Shown here piece after piece: positions 31,047-39,888 of a stretch of DNA of 64,000 nucleotides. Each line of letters begins with the position of its first letter. Position 1 is the stretch's first letter. This DNA is from an uncultured Poribacteria bacterium. GTDB lineage: Bacteria > Poribacteria > WGA-4E > WGA-3G. The notes beneath the pieces were generated by a model. It had not been told where the DNA came from. It saw nothing but the letters and a program-made list of their open reading frames with translations, and searched no databases. Location: positions 4,736,835 through 4,800,834 of the forward strand of contig OX638352.1 in NCBI GenBank assembly GCA_951813545.1. Direction: 5' to 3'. A program made the translations under genes and the position numbers.

Positions 31047-31844
31047 ATGAAAAGGGTATTTTGTTTTGCTTGTGCCTTGGTGCTAATTTTCACAGGGCAC
31101 ACATTTGGACAGGATGTCGCTGTTTTTTATGACGCAGCGGTTGAAAATGGTGGCGGCTTAGCCGTTCCGAACCCGAAGCAGTTAGCAGAAATGATGGTAG
31201 AGGAGCTTGAGGCAAAAAAACTAACTGCTGAAATTGTGGATAGCGACGAGTTAGCGGAGTATATGAAGGCGAACCCCAAGGGTATCTATATCATCACGCA
31301 AGGGAATACCCCTGGCACGATATTTAAAAAAGAAGGCAAGAAAGACCTTGTTTATACATGGCTAAGAGAAGGCGGGATCGGCGGATTCATCGGCGATTAC
31401 GCGTTCTACTATTATTGGGATAAGGGAGCGCGTGTTACTGCTGCCGGTGCCGGGCAACAAAGCGTGTTTGGTGCTACAATCACAAACGGCACAGTCTCGC
31501 AAGTCAGCCCAACGGATCTTGGGAAGGAGCTCATCCCTTCTCTCAAGAAGTGGAGTTCAAATCGCGCATCAGGTCTTGCTGTTTTGAAGCAAAACGATTT
31601 TGAGTATGAAAGTTATGCCGATGACGGTGTAAACGCAGATCCAATCGCTTACCGCACAAAAGACATGGAGGGATGGTTTATCAACTTCCATACTTCATGT
31701 TGTGGAACAGTCATACCACCGAATGATCAGATCGCTACCGAGTACGCAGAACTGATTTCAAATCGTTTTGCAACTGCAAAAGCAGTAGATCCAACTGGTA
31801 AAGTGAGTGTCGTCTGGGGACGGCTCAAAAAATCACGACAGTAG
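31047..31844 (+). CDS. Secreted protein of unknown function with C-terminal VDPTGKVSVVWGRLK tail
   Basis: Signal peptide, GAGGA RBS; distant similarity to 35391 and 36303 (DY.FY, PT..G....P.L...SNR). Confidence 0.8.
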   Translation: MKRVFCFACALVLIFTGHTFGQDVAVFYDAAVENGGGLAVPNPKQLAEMMVEELEAKKLTAEIVDSDELAEYMKANPKGIYIITQGNTPGTIFKKEGKKDLVYTWLREGGIGGFIGDYAFYYYWDKGARVTAAGAGQQSVFGATITNGTVSQVSPTDLGKELIPSLKKWSSNRASGLAVLKQNDFEYESYADDGVNADPIAYRTKDMEGWFINFHTSCCGTVIPPNDQIATEYAELISNRFATAKAVDPTGKVSVVWGRLKKSRQ

Positions 31845-31969
31845 CACCTCGTCATTGGAACTATTTGTTAACCTGTAGCCCCAATCCCCATATTGGGGCT
31901 ACAACCAATTTGTACCGACAGAAACTGTGATGACGGAATACCGACCGTTGACAGTTTAGACCATACACC

Positions 31970-32839
31970 ATGCCACGAAAAATTATGTTCCTCCCACTAT
32001 TAACTAACTTTGGTATCAAAGCAACAGTGAAACATTGCGCCATCTTATGTTTCTTTATTGGCTTAAGCGTTAACCTGACTTCATGCGGTGACGATGAGAG
32101 TCCAGAGGAGCTGACGGATTCGCAAACATCTCTGGAGGCTTCCGACACCCGAATTGATGTTGAAGAGATGGTTTTGATTCCAGCAGGAGAGGTTCGGCTC
32201 GGCACGGATAGCAAGACCAACTTGACGTTCGGAACAGAAGCCGACCTTCGGACAGTTTTTGTCGCAGCGTTCCACATCGATAAATATGAGGTTACAAACA
32301 AACAGTACGCAAAATTCCTCTTGGAGACTGGACATCGGAAACCGAAGTTCTGGGATGATCCAAGGTTGAACACTCCAGATCAACCGGTTGTGGGAGTCAA
32401 TTGGGAAGACGCTGAGGCTTACGCTGTATGGGCTGGCAAACGGCTACCTACCGCGAGTGAATGGGAGAAGGCGGCGCGTGGTATAGATGGTAGACTTTAT
32501 CCGTGGGGAAATGATTATGATGCGACGCGCGGCAATTTCGACGATGGTGGAAGGATGGACGGTAGCACGGATGGCTATGCAATGACTTCTGCACCTATCG
32601 GGAATTTTATAGAGGGTATAAGTCCGTATGGACTCCATGATATGGCAGGAAATGTTTGGGAATGGATAATGGAAGACCCAGGACAGTCGAAAGCGACAGA
32701 TGAGAAAACCTATGCAATTCGTGGGGGATCATGGACGAACGGCGCGGGGGATACACGAACAACGGTCGCTTATATCTACCCAGCACAATGTAGCGATCAT
32801 AGCAGTTCCGTTGGATTCCGTTGTGCAAGGACACCTTAA
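31970..32839 (+). CDS. SUMF1/FGE-sulfatase-fold lipoprotein (start may be GTG 32027)
   Basis: IDKYEVTN, QPVVGVNW, RLPTASEWEKAARG, DMAGNVWEW, GFRCA; LTSC lipobox. Confidence 0.9.
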   Translation: MPRKIMFLPLLTNFGIKATVKHCAILCFFIGLSVNLTSCGDDESPEELTDSQTSLEASDTRIDVEEMVLIPAGEVRLGTDSKTNLTFGTEADLRTVFVAAFHIDKYEVTNKQYAKFLLETGHRKPKFWDDPRLNTPDQPVVGVNWEDAEAYAVWAGKRLPTASEWEKAARGIDGRLYPWGNDYDATRGNFDDGGRMDGSTDGYAMTSAPIGNFIEGISPYGLHDMAGNVWEWIMEDPGQSKATDEKTYAIRGGSWTNGAGDTRTTVAYIYPAQCSDHSSSVGFRCARTP

Positions 32840-32948
32840 ACCTCTGATGCAATCTTTCATAGTAGTAGACGCACGCTGCGTGCACTAACAGAGCAATTAA
32901 AAATCGACGAATGTGGTTACTGAACTGAATTCCTAAAAGATAACACTT

Positions 32949-33857
32949 ATGCGAGATACATTGAAATCCGTAATCTGTTTCCTGATGTTGTTAGGCGTGA
33001 TCCTGATGGGTTGTGGCAGTGATGAACAGATGCTGGTTGAAGAAGAAACGGAAGAAATTCAAATCATTGAGATGCCAGTGGTAGAAGTCGTACCTGAACC
33101 GATACCGATAGACGTACCAGCAGGTATGGTATACGTCCCCACTGGGGAATTTATCATGGGCAGCGATCCGGATGTTGATCCAATGACGGATGCGCTCGAT
33201 GAACTCCCGCAGCACAAGGTGTTTTTGGATGCCTATTTTATTGATAAACATGAAGTGTCGAACGCCGACTACACCAAATTTGTTGAAGCCACCGGACACC
33301 GGAATTCAATCTTCTGGGATAACCCGAAGTTTAATCACCCTGACCAGCCGGTTGTGGGTGTGACCTGGGGCGATGCAGCCGCTTATGCAGCGTGGGTTGG
33401 GAAACGCCTGCCTACTGAAGCGGAATGGGAGAAGGCAGCACGCGGCACCGACGCACGCATTTGGCCCTGGGGCAATGAATTCGATCCGACGAAATGCAAC
33501 TTCGATGATGAGGGAAAATTTGACGGACATCTTGACGGTTTTGCGATGGCAGCACCGGTAGAGAGTTTCGAGGGGGGTGCGAGTCCGTATGGTGCATTCA
33601 ACATGGCAGGGAATGTCGCAGAATGGGTTGCAGATTGGTTTGACGCAGAATACTACGCTGTCAGTCCTGCGGAAAACCCGAAAGGTCCTCCAACGAGTGG
33701 GATGGGGAAAAAATCGTGGCGGGGTGCAAGTTGGTTCGCCGGTCCAGATCAGATGCGGTGTGCATTCCGAGAATATGACGACATTGTCGCGAGTGGACAG
33801 ATAATCGGATTTCGGTGCGCGAAAGATGCGATGCAAGATGCACCGAGAGTCGAGTGA
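32949..33857 (+). CDS. SUMF1/FGE-sulfatase-fold lipoprotein
   Basis: RLPTEAEWEKAARG, NMAGNVAEW, GFRCA; LMGC lipobox. Confidence 0.92.
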   Translation: MRDTLKSVICFLMLLGVILMGCGSDEQMLVEEETEEIQIIEMPVVEVVPEPIPIDVPAGMVYVPTGEFIMGSDPDVDPMTDALDELPQHKVFLDAYFIDKHEVSNADYTKFVEATGHRNSIFWDNPKFNHPDQPVVGVTWGDAAAYAAWVGKRLPTEAEWEKAARGTDARIWPWGNEFDPTKCNFDDEGKFDGHLDGFAMAAPVESFEGGASPYGAFNMAGNVAEWVADWFDAEYYAVSPAENPKGPPTSGMGKKSWRGASWFAGPDQMRCAFREYDDIVASGQIIGFRCAKDAMQDAPRVE

Positions 33858-33926
33858 ACCAACCAGCCCCTTAGCCAGCCGACCTAAATCGAGAACTTGA
33901 CTTTACAATTTGGGAATATTAATTTG

Positions 33927-35186
33927 ATGATGCGTTTCATAACGATTTGGATAATATCCAGCTGCGCGTTATTGCTCTTCGGGTGCGGTGAGGAAGAACT
34001 TCCAGAAATGACAGCGATGCCTGAAGAAAAGGATGATATATTCACGGAACGCGAGTGGGCGGTTATTCAACGTTTATCTCCGCTGCCTGACACACCACCG
34101 CCTAACCCTACGAATCGTGTTGCCGATAATCCAGATGCCGCTCGGTTAGGGCAAATGTTTTTCTTCGACGAGCGATTTTCAAAGGACGGAACGGTTGCTT
34201 GTGCAACATGCCATTCACCATTTCATGGGTTCGCTGATGTTGAGGCGACTTCATTGGGCGCGGGGAGAGGAACGAGAAACGCACCAACACTGCTCAATGC
34301 TGCCTATAACAAATGGCAGTTTTGGGACGGTCGCGCAGATACACTGTGGTCGCAAGCACTAAGTGCGCTTGAAGGTGAGGTGGAACAAGCCGGCACAAGA
34401 CTCCAGTATGCACATCTCATCAATAAGCACTATGAAGTCGATTATGAAACCGTATTCGGTGCACTTCCGGATCTTGAGGATGCAACACGTTTCCCACTTG
34501 ATGGAAAACCGGGAGACTCAGATTTCGATAACATGTCCGAAGCGGACCGGCGAGCGGTTAACACCGTCTTTGCAAATATCGGTAAGGCAATTGAGGCTTA
34601 CGAACGTCTCTTGATTAGCCGGAATGCACCGTTTGACCGGTATGTAGCAGGCGAGGCAGAGGCGATCACACTTGAAGCGAAGCGTGGGTTAAAAACATTC
34701 ATCGGTAAAGGTGTTTGTATCCTCTGTCACGATACGCCAACTTTTACAGACAACGATTTCCATAATTTGGGTATCCCGCAAGGTGCGTTGCCAGAGGACA
34801 CTGGGCGTTATGCCGGAATCTCTTTGCTCTTAGCAGATCCGTTTAACGGTGGCGGCATCTATAGTGATAATACCGCAGTTCCTACACGGATTTTAAACTT
34901 TTTGGAGCCAATACCGCAACATCAAGGTGAGTTCAAGACACCAACGCTTCGTAATGTGGCACTAACGGCACCCTACTTTCATACGGGTGAATTTCCGACG
35001 CTCGAATCCGTTATTGAATTCAATAATGTCGGTGGCACGGGTGGTAATTTTGCCGGTAGACGAGAAGGGACACTGGAACCGCTTCATCTCAATCAACAGG
35101 AAAAAGAAGATTTGGTCGAGTTTTTAGAAACATTGACAGGCGAATTACCGTCTACCCATTTGTTAAGGAAGCCCGCTCTGCCATAG
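33927..35186 (+). CDS. MauG/MbnH-like di-heme cytochrome c peroxidase family lipoprotein
   Basis: CATCH and CILCH heme sites, RNAPTL, QFWDGRA, FKTPTLRNV..TAPYFH; LFGC lipobox. Confidence 0.9.
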   Translation: MMRFITIWIISSCALLLFGCGEEELPEMTAMPEEKDDIFTEREWAVIQRLSPLPDTPPPNPTNRVADNPDAARLGQMFFFDERFSKDGTVACATCHSPFHGFADVEATSLGAGRGTRNAPTLLNAAYNKWQFWDGRADTLWSQALSALEGEVEQAGTRLQYAHLINKHYEVDYETVFGALPDLEDATRFPLDGKPGDSDFDNMSEADRRAVNTVFANIGKAIEAYERLLISRNAPFDRYVAGEAEAITLEAKRGLKTFIGKGVCILCHDTPTFTDNDFHNLGIPQGALPEDTGRYAGISLLLADPFNGGGIYSDNTAVPTRILNFLEPIPQHQGEFKTPTLRNVALTAPYFHTGEFPTLESVIEFNNVGGTGGNFAGRREGTLEPLHLNQQEKEDLVEFLETLTGELPSTHLLRKPALP

Positions 35187-35240
35187 ACACAATCAGGAAC
35201 GTGATTCTGAAACTTAGGGCTGCTGGGGAAATAAATTAAT

Positions 35241-35269
35241 TTGACTTCAATTAAGGAATCGGGTATAAT
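35241..35269 (+). promoter_or_regulatory. sigma70-type promoter TTGACT-17-TATAAT
   Basis: Near-consensus hexamers upstream of 35391. Confidence 0.7.
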
Positions 35270-35390
35270 AACTGAGTTAGGGATATAGACAATTCTTCGT
35301 TTTTTGGAAAAATTATGGAATTCAGTCTGTGAATGCTCTAATAGTATGAGACGAGAGCATTCACTTTGCCGATTAACAAGAGGAAATTAC

Positions 35391-36197
35391 GTGAAAAAAT
35401 TGATAATCATTGCCATGTTTATAATGTGCTACTTCGCTTTGCCGAGCATCGGTATATCTGCTCCGATGGGAGAGGTGGCAATCTTTACAGAGCAAGCCGG
35501 ATGGATGGGGCAGCCTACTGCCGTTGAGGAAGGGAAGGAAATGCTAAACATGCTCAAAACCCCGGCGGATGTTGTGGTATTAACCGATAAAGAGATTGGC
35601 AAATGGGCAGAGGACCACACCGATAATGGCGTTTCTGATATTATCGTAACATTCGGTTGGTTCCCGACAACCTTATATACCCCCGGTAATGTTGATCCTG
35701 ACGGTTCAATCGCTGAAGAATTCCTTGAAGGCGGAAATGTTTTCCTTAATACTGCGGATTATATTTTCTACGTCACACAAGGCGGCGGTGCCAACGGTGA
35801 ACAGGGCTTGAAGAATATGATGGATATCAACGCCGATATGTGGTCCGATGGTACAGCTATCAAACCCACTAATGATGGTAAGAAGTATACCCCTACCCTT
35901 AAAGCCTTTACCTCAGCGCGGACTTTCAAGGAAAAACAGATTGTTGATCCTTGGGAAGTTGAGGTAGTTTTTGGTGATAATGGGGCAGGATTCTTGGATC
36001 CCGCGATTGTCCATGATACCGAAACCGACGGTCGTATCGGAATTGCCTATCAAGTACCAGGTGACGATGGGCTCCCACGGGGCGAACTTTTCACCGAAAT
36101 GATTGATAACTACCTGTTTGAAGTGCTCGGTCCCCAATCAGTTGACCCAAATCAAAAGGTTGCTACGACCTGGGGACATCTTAAATCAAGTTTTTAA
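35391..36197 (+). CDS. Secreted protein of unknown function with C-terminal VDPNQKVATTWGHLK tail
   Basis: GAGGA RBS before GTG 35391; signal peptide; close paralog of 36303. Confidence 0.82.
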   Translation: MKKLIIIAMFIMCYFALPSIGISAPMGEVAIFTEQAGWMGQPTAVEEGKEMLNMLKTPADVVVLTDKEIGKWAEDHTDNGVSDIIVTFGWFPTTLYTPGNVDPDGSIAEEFLEGGNVFLNTADYIFYVTQGGGANGEQGLKNMMDINADMWSDGTAIKPTNDGKKYTPTLKAFTSARTFKEKQIVDPWEVEVVFGDNGAGFLDPAIVHDTETDGRIGIAYQVPGDDGLPRGELFTEMIDNYLFEVLGPQSVDPNQKVATTWGHLKSSF

Positions 36198-36302
36198 CCC
36201 ACTATTGTTGGAAACCACTATAGTAACTCAGGTTCTATAACCTATTGCTCCAGCAATATCTTTAGTATAGTTGGAGCAAACTCAAAAAGAAAGGAAAAAC
36301 TA

Positions 36303-37124
36303 ATGACACGCAGTGTATTAACACTATTTGTAGTTCTGTTAATGGTTACATGTACTATTTCAAGTTGGGCTTTAGGTGATGTCGCTATCTTCAGCGAAAA
36401 TACTGGCTGGATTTCCAAAGAAAACGCGGATATTCAACGCGCTATAGTCTTTGACAACCTTAAAGGCACTGTTGGTTCCGTTGGTGACATTGTTTATGCA
36501 ACCGATGCAGAAATCGGGCCGTGGGCAGAAGAACGCATTGATGACGGCAAGGCAGATATCCTCATCATTTTTGGTTGGTTCCCAACAACCCTCTATACCC
36601 CGGGAAACTCGCAGGTAGATGACTCCATCGCCGAACGATTCCTCTACGGTGGAAATATCATCCTCAATTGCGCCGATTATATCTTCTACGTTACTGAAGG
36701 TGGTGGTGCTAATGGTGAAAACGGTTTGAAGACCATCATCAACATCAACGCCGATATGTGGGGCGACGGGACAGCGATTACGCCGACAGCCGATGGCGAA
36801 AAGTATACGCCAACACTTGAAGCGTATACTTCCAATAGACCTTTCAAAAGTGAACAGATCGTTGATCCCTGGAGCGTTGAAGCCGCTTTCGGTGATAACG
36901 GTGCTGGATTCTTTGACCCTGGTATTATCAAATTGAACGATAGTAGCGGACGGGTCGGTATCTGCATGCAAGAAGGAAATAACGGTGAATTGCCACGCGG
37001 ACAGATACTTATCGAAATGATTGATTTCATTTCACAACAACCTGATGTGGCTGGTGCGACGACACCTGTTGAACCAACTGGGAAAGCAGCTGTTATTTGG
37101 GGCAATATCAAAGCCACACGTTAG
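36303..37124 (+). CDS. Secreted protein of unknown function with C-terminal VEPTGKAAVIWGNIK tail
   Basis: Signal peptide; shares FGWFPTTLYTPGN, ADYIFYVT.GGGANGE and INADMW.DGT with 35391. Confidence 0.85.
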   Translation: MTRSVLTLFVVLLMVTCTISSWALGDVAIFSENTGWISKENADIQRAIVFDNLKGTVGSVGDIVYATDAEIGPWAEERIDDGKADILIIFGWFPTTLYTPGNSQVDDSIAERFLYGGNIILNCADYIFYVTEGGGANGENGLKTIININADMWGDGTAITPTADGEKYTPTLEAYTSNRPFKSEQIVDPWSVEAAFGDNGAGFFDPGIIKLNDSSGRVGICMQEGNNGELPRGQILIEMIDFISQQPDVAGATTPVEPTGKAAVIWGNIKATR

Positions 37125-37148
37125 TCTGACCGTAAAGCCAAAACATTC

Positions 37149-37195
37149 CGCTCTTATGTTCTCGCCTTTAAGGTGCGAATATAAGAGCGTTTTTT
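37149..37195 (+). terminator. Rho-independent terminator
   Basis: CGCTCTTAT...ATAAGAGCG stem followed by TTTTTT. Confidence 0.75.
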
Positions 37196-37214
37196 ATGGA
37201 TGAATAGCATCTGC

Positions 37215-37301
37215 CTATAGTGCTCAAGAATGGCAAATCAAGTCGGGAATCGGAGTTCCCTCCTACGGGTGTGTAAATATTTTGGCAGCGTTCCCTTATA
37301 G
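37215..37301. repeat. Solo copy (37242-37266) of the 31-bp array REP unit inside a TATAG-bounded element
   Basis: GTCGGGAATCGGAGTTCCCTCCTAC is identical to the array consensus. Confidence 0.75.
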
Positions 37302-37436
37302 AGCGGTTTTACGCCGACAGCCCCTCGTCAACGTACATAGCACTCCGCTGGAGTGCTATGTAAACAAACCGGTCCTATCAAAAAAATTAAGGAAACCGTG
37401 ACAAAAACTTTACACACTTCCCTCCTACAGAGGTTC

Positions 37437-37465
37437 TTGACAAGCCGCCGCAAATTCTGTATAAT
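37437..37465 (+). promoter_or_regulatory. Perfect sigma70 consensus promoter TTGACA-17-TATAAT
   Basis: Exact consensus, 24 nt upstream of the TTG start at 37490 (GGAGG RBS). Confidence 0.85.
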
Positions 37466-37489
37466 AGATAAGCGTGGAGGAAATATACT

Positions 37490-37963
37490 TTGAAACAGAT
37501 TATCACACACGCAGACCCAGACCTCGATGCTATTGTCAGCGCATGGATCGCTCAAGATTTTCTTTTCCGACAGACCGCATCAGAGGTACTGTTTGTGAGT
37601 CGCAAAGTACCCGAAAGGCTTATGTTACATGCCGACTGTGTGGTAGATGTTGGGAACACATATTCTCCTGAGAATTACCGGTTCGATCACAAGCCTCCGG
37701 CATTTCGGAATAGAAATGGCACCTGTGCAACTCGGCTTATCTGGGAATATCTGATCAATATTGGTGTTGATGTCGCGTATCTTGAGCCTTTGGTACAGAT
37801 AACATATCAAGGGGATACACACCGGAATTCGGAGGCACTTAAACAGAGCCGAATCGATGGACCACATGCCGAATTAGCCAGACTCAAAGCAGAATATAAA
37901 GAGACGACAGAGGTCTATCGAGAGATGGTTCTCTGGCTGAGGAGTTATACAAAAAACTTATGA
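37490..37963 (+). CDS. Short DHH/MYG1-like phosphoesterase-related protein
   Basis: THADPDLDA, VVDVG, FDHK (DHH-like), CATRLIW, GDT motifs. Confidence 0.65.
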   Translation: MKQIITHADPDLDAIVSAWIAQDFLFRQTASEVLFVSRKVPERLMLHADCVVDVGNTYSPENYRFDHKPPAFRNRNGTCATRLIWEYLINIGVDVAYLEPLVQITYQGDTHRNSEALKQSRIDGPHAELARLKAEYKETTEVYREMVLWLRSYTKNL

Positions 37964-39270
37964 AGCAGCTTACATGTTTATTTATTGCCCTATTTGCTAT
38001 AGCAGTCGTGCAGGCGCAATTCGCAAGTGCCGATGAATGGCACCAGTGGCGTGGTGAAAACCGGGAAGGCGTTTGGAACGAAACAGGTATCATCGAAAAA
38101 TTTGAAGGTGAGGAGATTCCACTTCGGTGGCGCGTTCCTATCGGAAGTGGCTATAGCGGACCGAGTGTTGCTGATGGACGCGTGTACGTCACAGACAGGC
38201 TCACAAAGCCAAAACAGGTTGAACGCGTTCACTGCTTCGATTGGGAAACAGGCGAATCACTCTGGTCTTACACCTACGATTGTGTCTATAAAATAGACTA
38301 TACAGCGGGACCGCGTGCAAATGTTACCATTCATGATGGACTCGCTTACGCTTTAGGGTCGATGGGACATCTACACTGTTTCGATGCCGTTACTGGAGAC
38401 ATCATCTGGAAAAGAGATCTCAATGCCGAATATAACATTAATATGCCGATTTGGGGCATCGCGTGCGCACCTATTGTTGAGGGTGAAAACCTGATCGTTC
38501 AAATCGGCGGAAAGCCGAACGCTTGTATCGTTGCATTTGATCGGAAAACGGGTGAGGAGAAGTGGAAAGCGTTAGACGACAACGCCTCTTATTCGGCACC
38601 GATTGTCATTACGCAAGCGGGTGAACGCGTCTTAATTTGCTGGACGGGTGCTAACATCACCGGACTTAATCCGCAAACTGGAAAAGTACACTGGCTTTAT
38701 CCGTTTCCACCGGAAAGTTTTGAGATCGCTATTGCGACACCTATTTTCAATCAGAATGAATTGTTTGTCACAGAATTCCGTCAAGGATCTCTTCTCCTGA
38801 AGCTGCCACCGGATAAGTTGGCTGCAGAACTCGGCTGGCACCGTAAGGGAAAAAACGAACAGAATACCGACGCCCTTCAGACGACAATGGCGACACCTGT
38901 CCGTTTGGGGGATTACATCTATGGGGTGGATAGTTATGGAGAACTCCGCTGTTTAGATGCAGGAAACGGGGATCGGATTTGGGAAGACCTCACCGCTGTG
39001 CGGAAAGCACGCTGGAGCAATATCCATTTCGTCAGTCATCCAGTGGCATCGGATAACAGAGTATGGATGTTTAACGAACATGGCGAACTTCTCATCACGG
39101 AACTCTCTCCCGACGGACTAAATATTATCAGTCGCGCCAAACTAATCGAACCGACGCGCGACCAATTGAACCGAAGGGGCGGCGTTACGTGGGCGCATCC
39201 TGCGTTTGCCTATAAGCACGTCTTCGCACGAAACGACAAAGAACTCGTTTGTGCCAATTTAGAAAAATAG
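37960..39270 (+). CDS. Secreted PQQ-like beta-propeller repeat protein
   Basis: Signal peptide, WHQWRG, repeated D..TG...W tryptophan-docking motifs. Confidence 0.9.
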   Translation: MKQLTCLFIALFAIAVVQAQFASADEWHQWRGENREGVWNETGIIEKFEGEEIPLRWRVPIGSGYSGPSVADGRVYVTDRLTKPKQVERVHCFDWETGESLWSYTYDCVYKIDYTAGPRANVTIHDGLAYALGSMGHLHCFDAVTGDIIWKRDLNAEYNINMPIWGIACAPIVEGENLIVQIGGKPNACIVAFDRKTGEEKWKALDDNASYSAPIVITQAGERVLICWTGANITGLNPQTGKVHWLYPFPPESFEIAIATPIFNQNELFVTEFRQGSLLLKLPPDKLAAELGWHRKGKNEQNTDALQTTMATPVRLGDYIYGVDSYGELRCLDAGNGDRIWEDLTAVRKARWSNIHFVSHPVASDNRVWMFNEHGELLITELSPDGLNIISRAKLIEPTRDQLNRRGGVTWAHPAFAYKHVFARNDKELVCANLEK

Positions 39271-39886
39271 TGGGTTTCTTCTTTTTAGCCAAAGATCGAG
39301 AGCCTGAAACGAAGTGAAAGGGTTTTTGCTTGGGGGTTTCTTCAGATCTACGTAAAAGAATGTTAAATCCCAAACTATACTAACCGAACCACAAGGAATA
39401 ATTAAGAATAGCGGGTTTCTTTTTTTTACCCAAAGATCGTGAGCCTGAAACGAAGTGGAGGGCGGATCTACGTAAAAGAACGTTAAATCCCAAACCATAC
39501 TAACCGAACCGCAAGGAACAATTAAGAATAGCGGGTTTCTTCTTTTTAGCCAAAGATCGCGAGCCTGAAACGAAGTGGAGGGCGGATCTACGTAAAAGAA
39601 CGTTAAATCCCAAACCATACTAACCGAACCGCAAGGAACAATTAAGAATAGCGGGTTTCTTCTTTTTAGCCAAAGATCGCGAGCCTGAAACGAAGTGGAG
39701 GGCGGATCTACGTAAAAGAACGTTAAATCCCAAACCATACTAACCGAACCGCAAGGAATAATTAAGAATAGCGGGTTTCTTCTTTTTAGCCAAAGATCGC
39801 GAGCCTGAAACGAAGTGGAGGGCGGATCTACGTAAAAGAACGTTAAATCCCAAACTATACTAACCGAACCGCAAGGAATAATTAAA
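39266..39886. repeat. Tandem array: one 141-bp unit plus four near-identical 120-bp units
   Basis: Units start at 39266, 39407, 39527, 39647 and 39767; only a few substitutions between units. Confidence 0.97.
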
Positions 39887-39888
39887 AT

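Noticed and set aside
31970-33857. True formylglycine-generating enzymes or EgtB/SenA
   Set aside because: They have no catalytic Cys pair after RG(G/A)S and no DinB-like HxxxH domain, and both carry lipoprotein signals.
39290-39480. Hammerhead ribozyme or group II intron domain V in the array unit (GAGCCTGAAACGAAGTG)
   Set aside because: There is no CUGANGA/GAAA core with the required stems and no complementary 3' arm for a domain V hairpin.
39259-39738. 159-aa repeat protein on the minus strand
   Set aside because: It is derived from the 120-bp array, antisense to the flanking operon, and has no RBS or recognisable domain.
39266-39886. CRISPR array or guide-RNA array
   Set aside because: Units are near-identical along their whole length with no unique spacers, and no cas or other effector gene is nearby.
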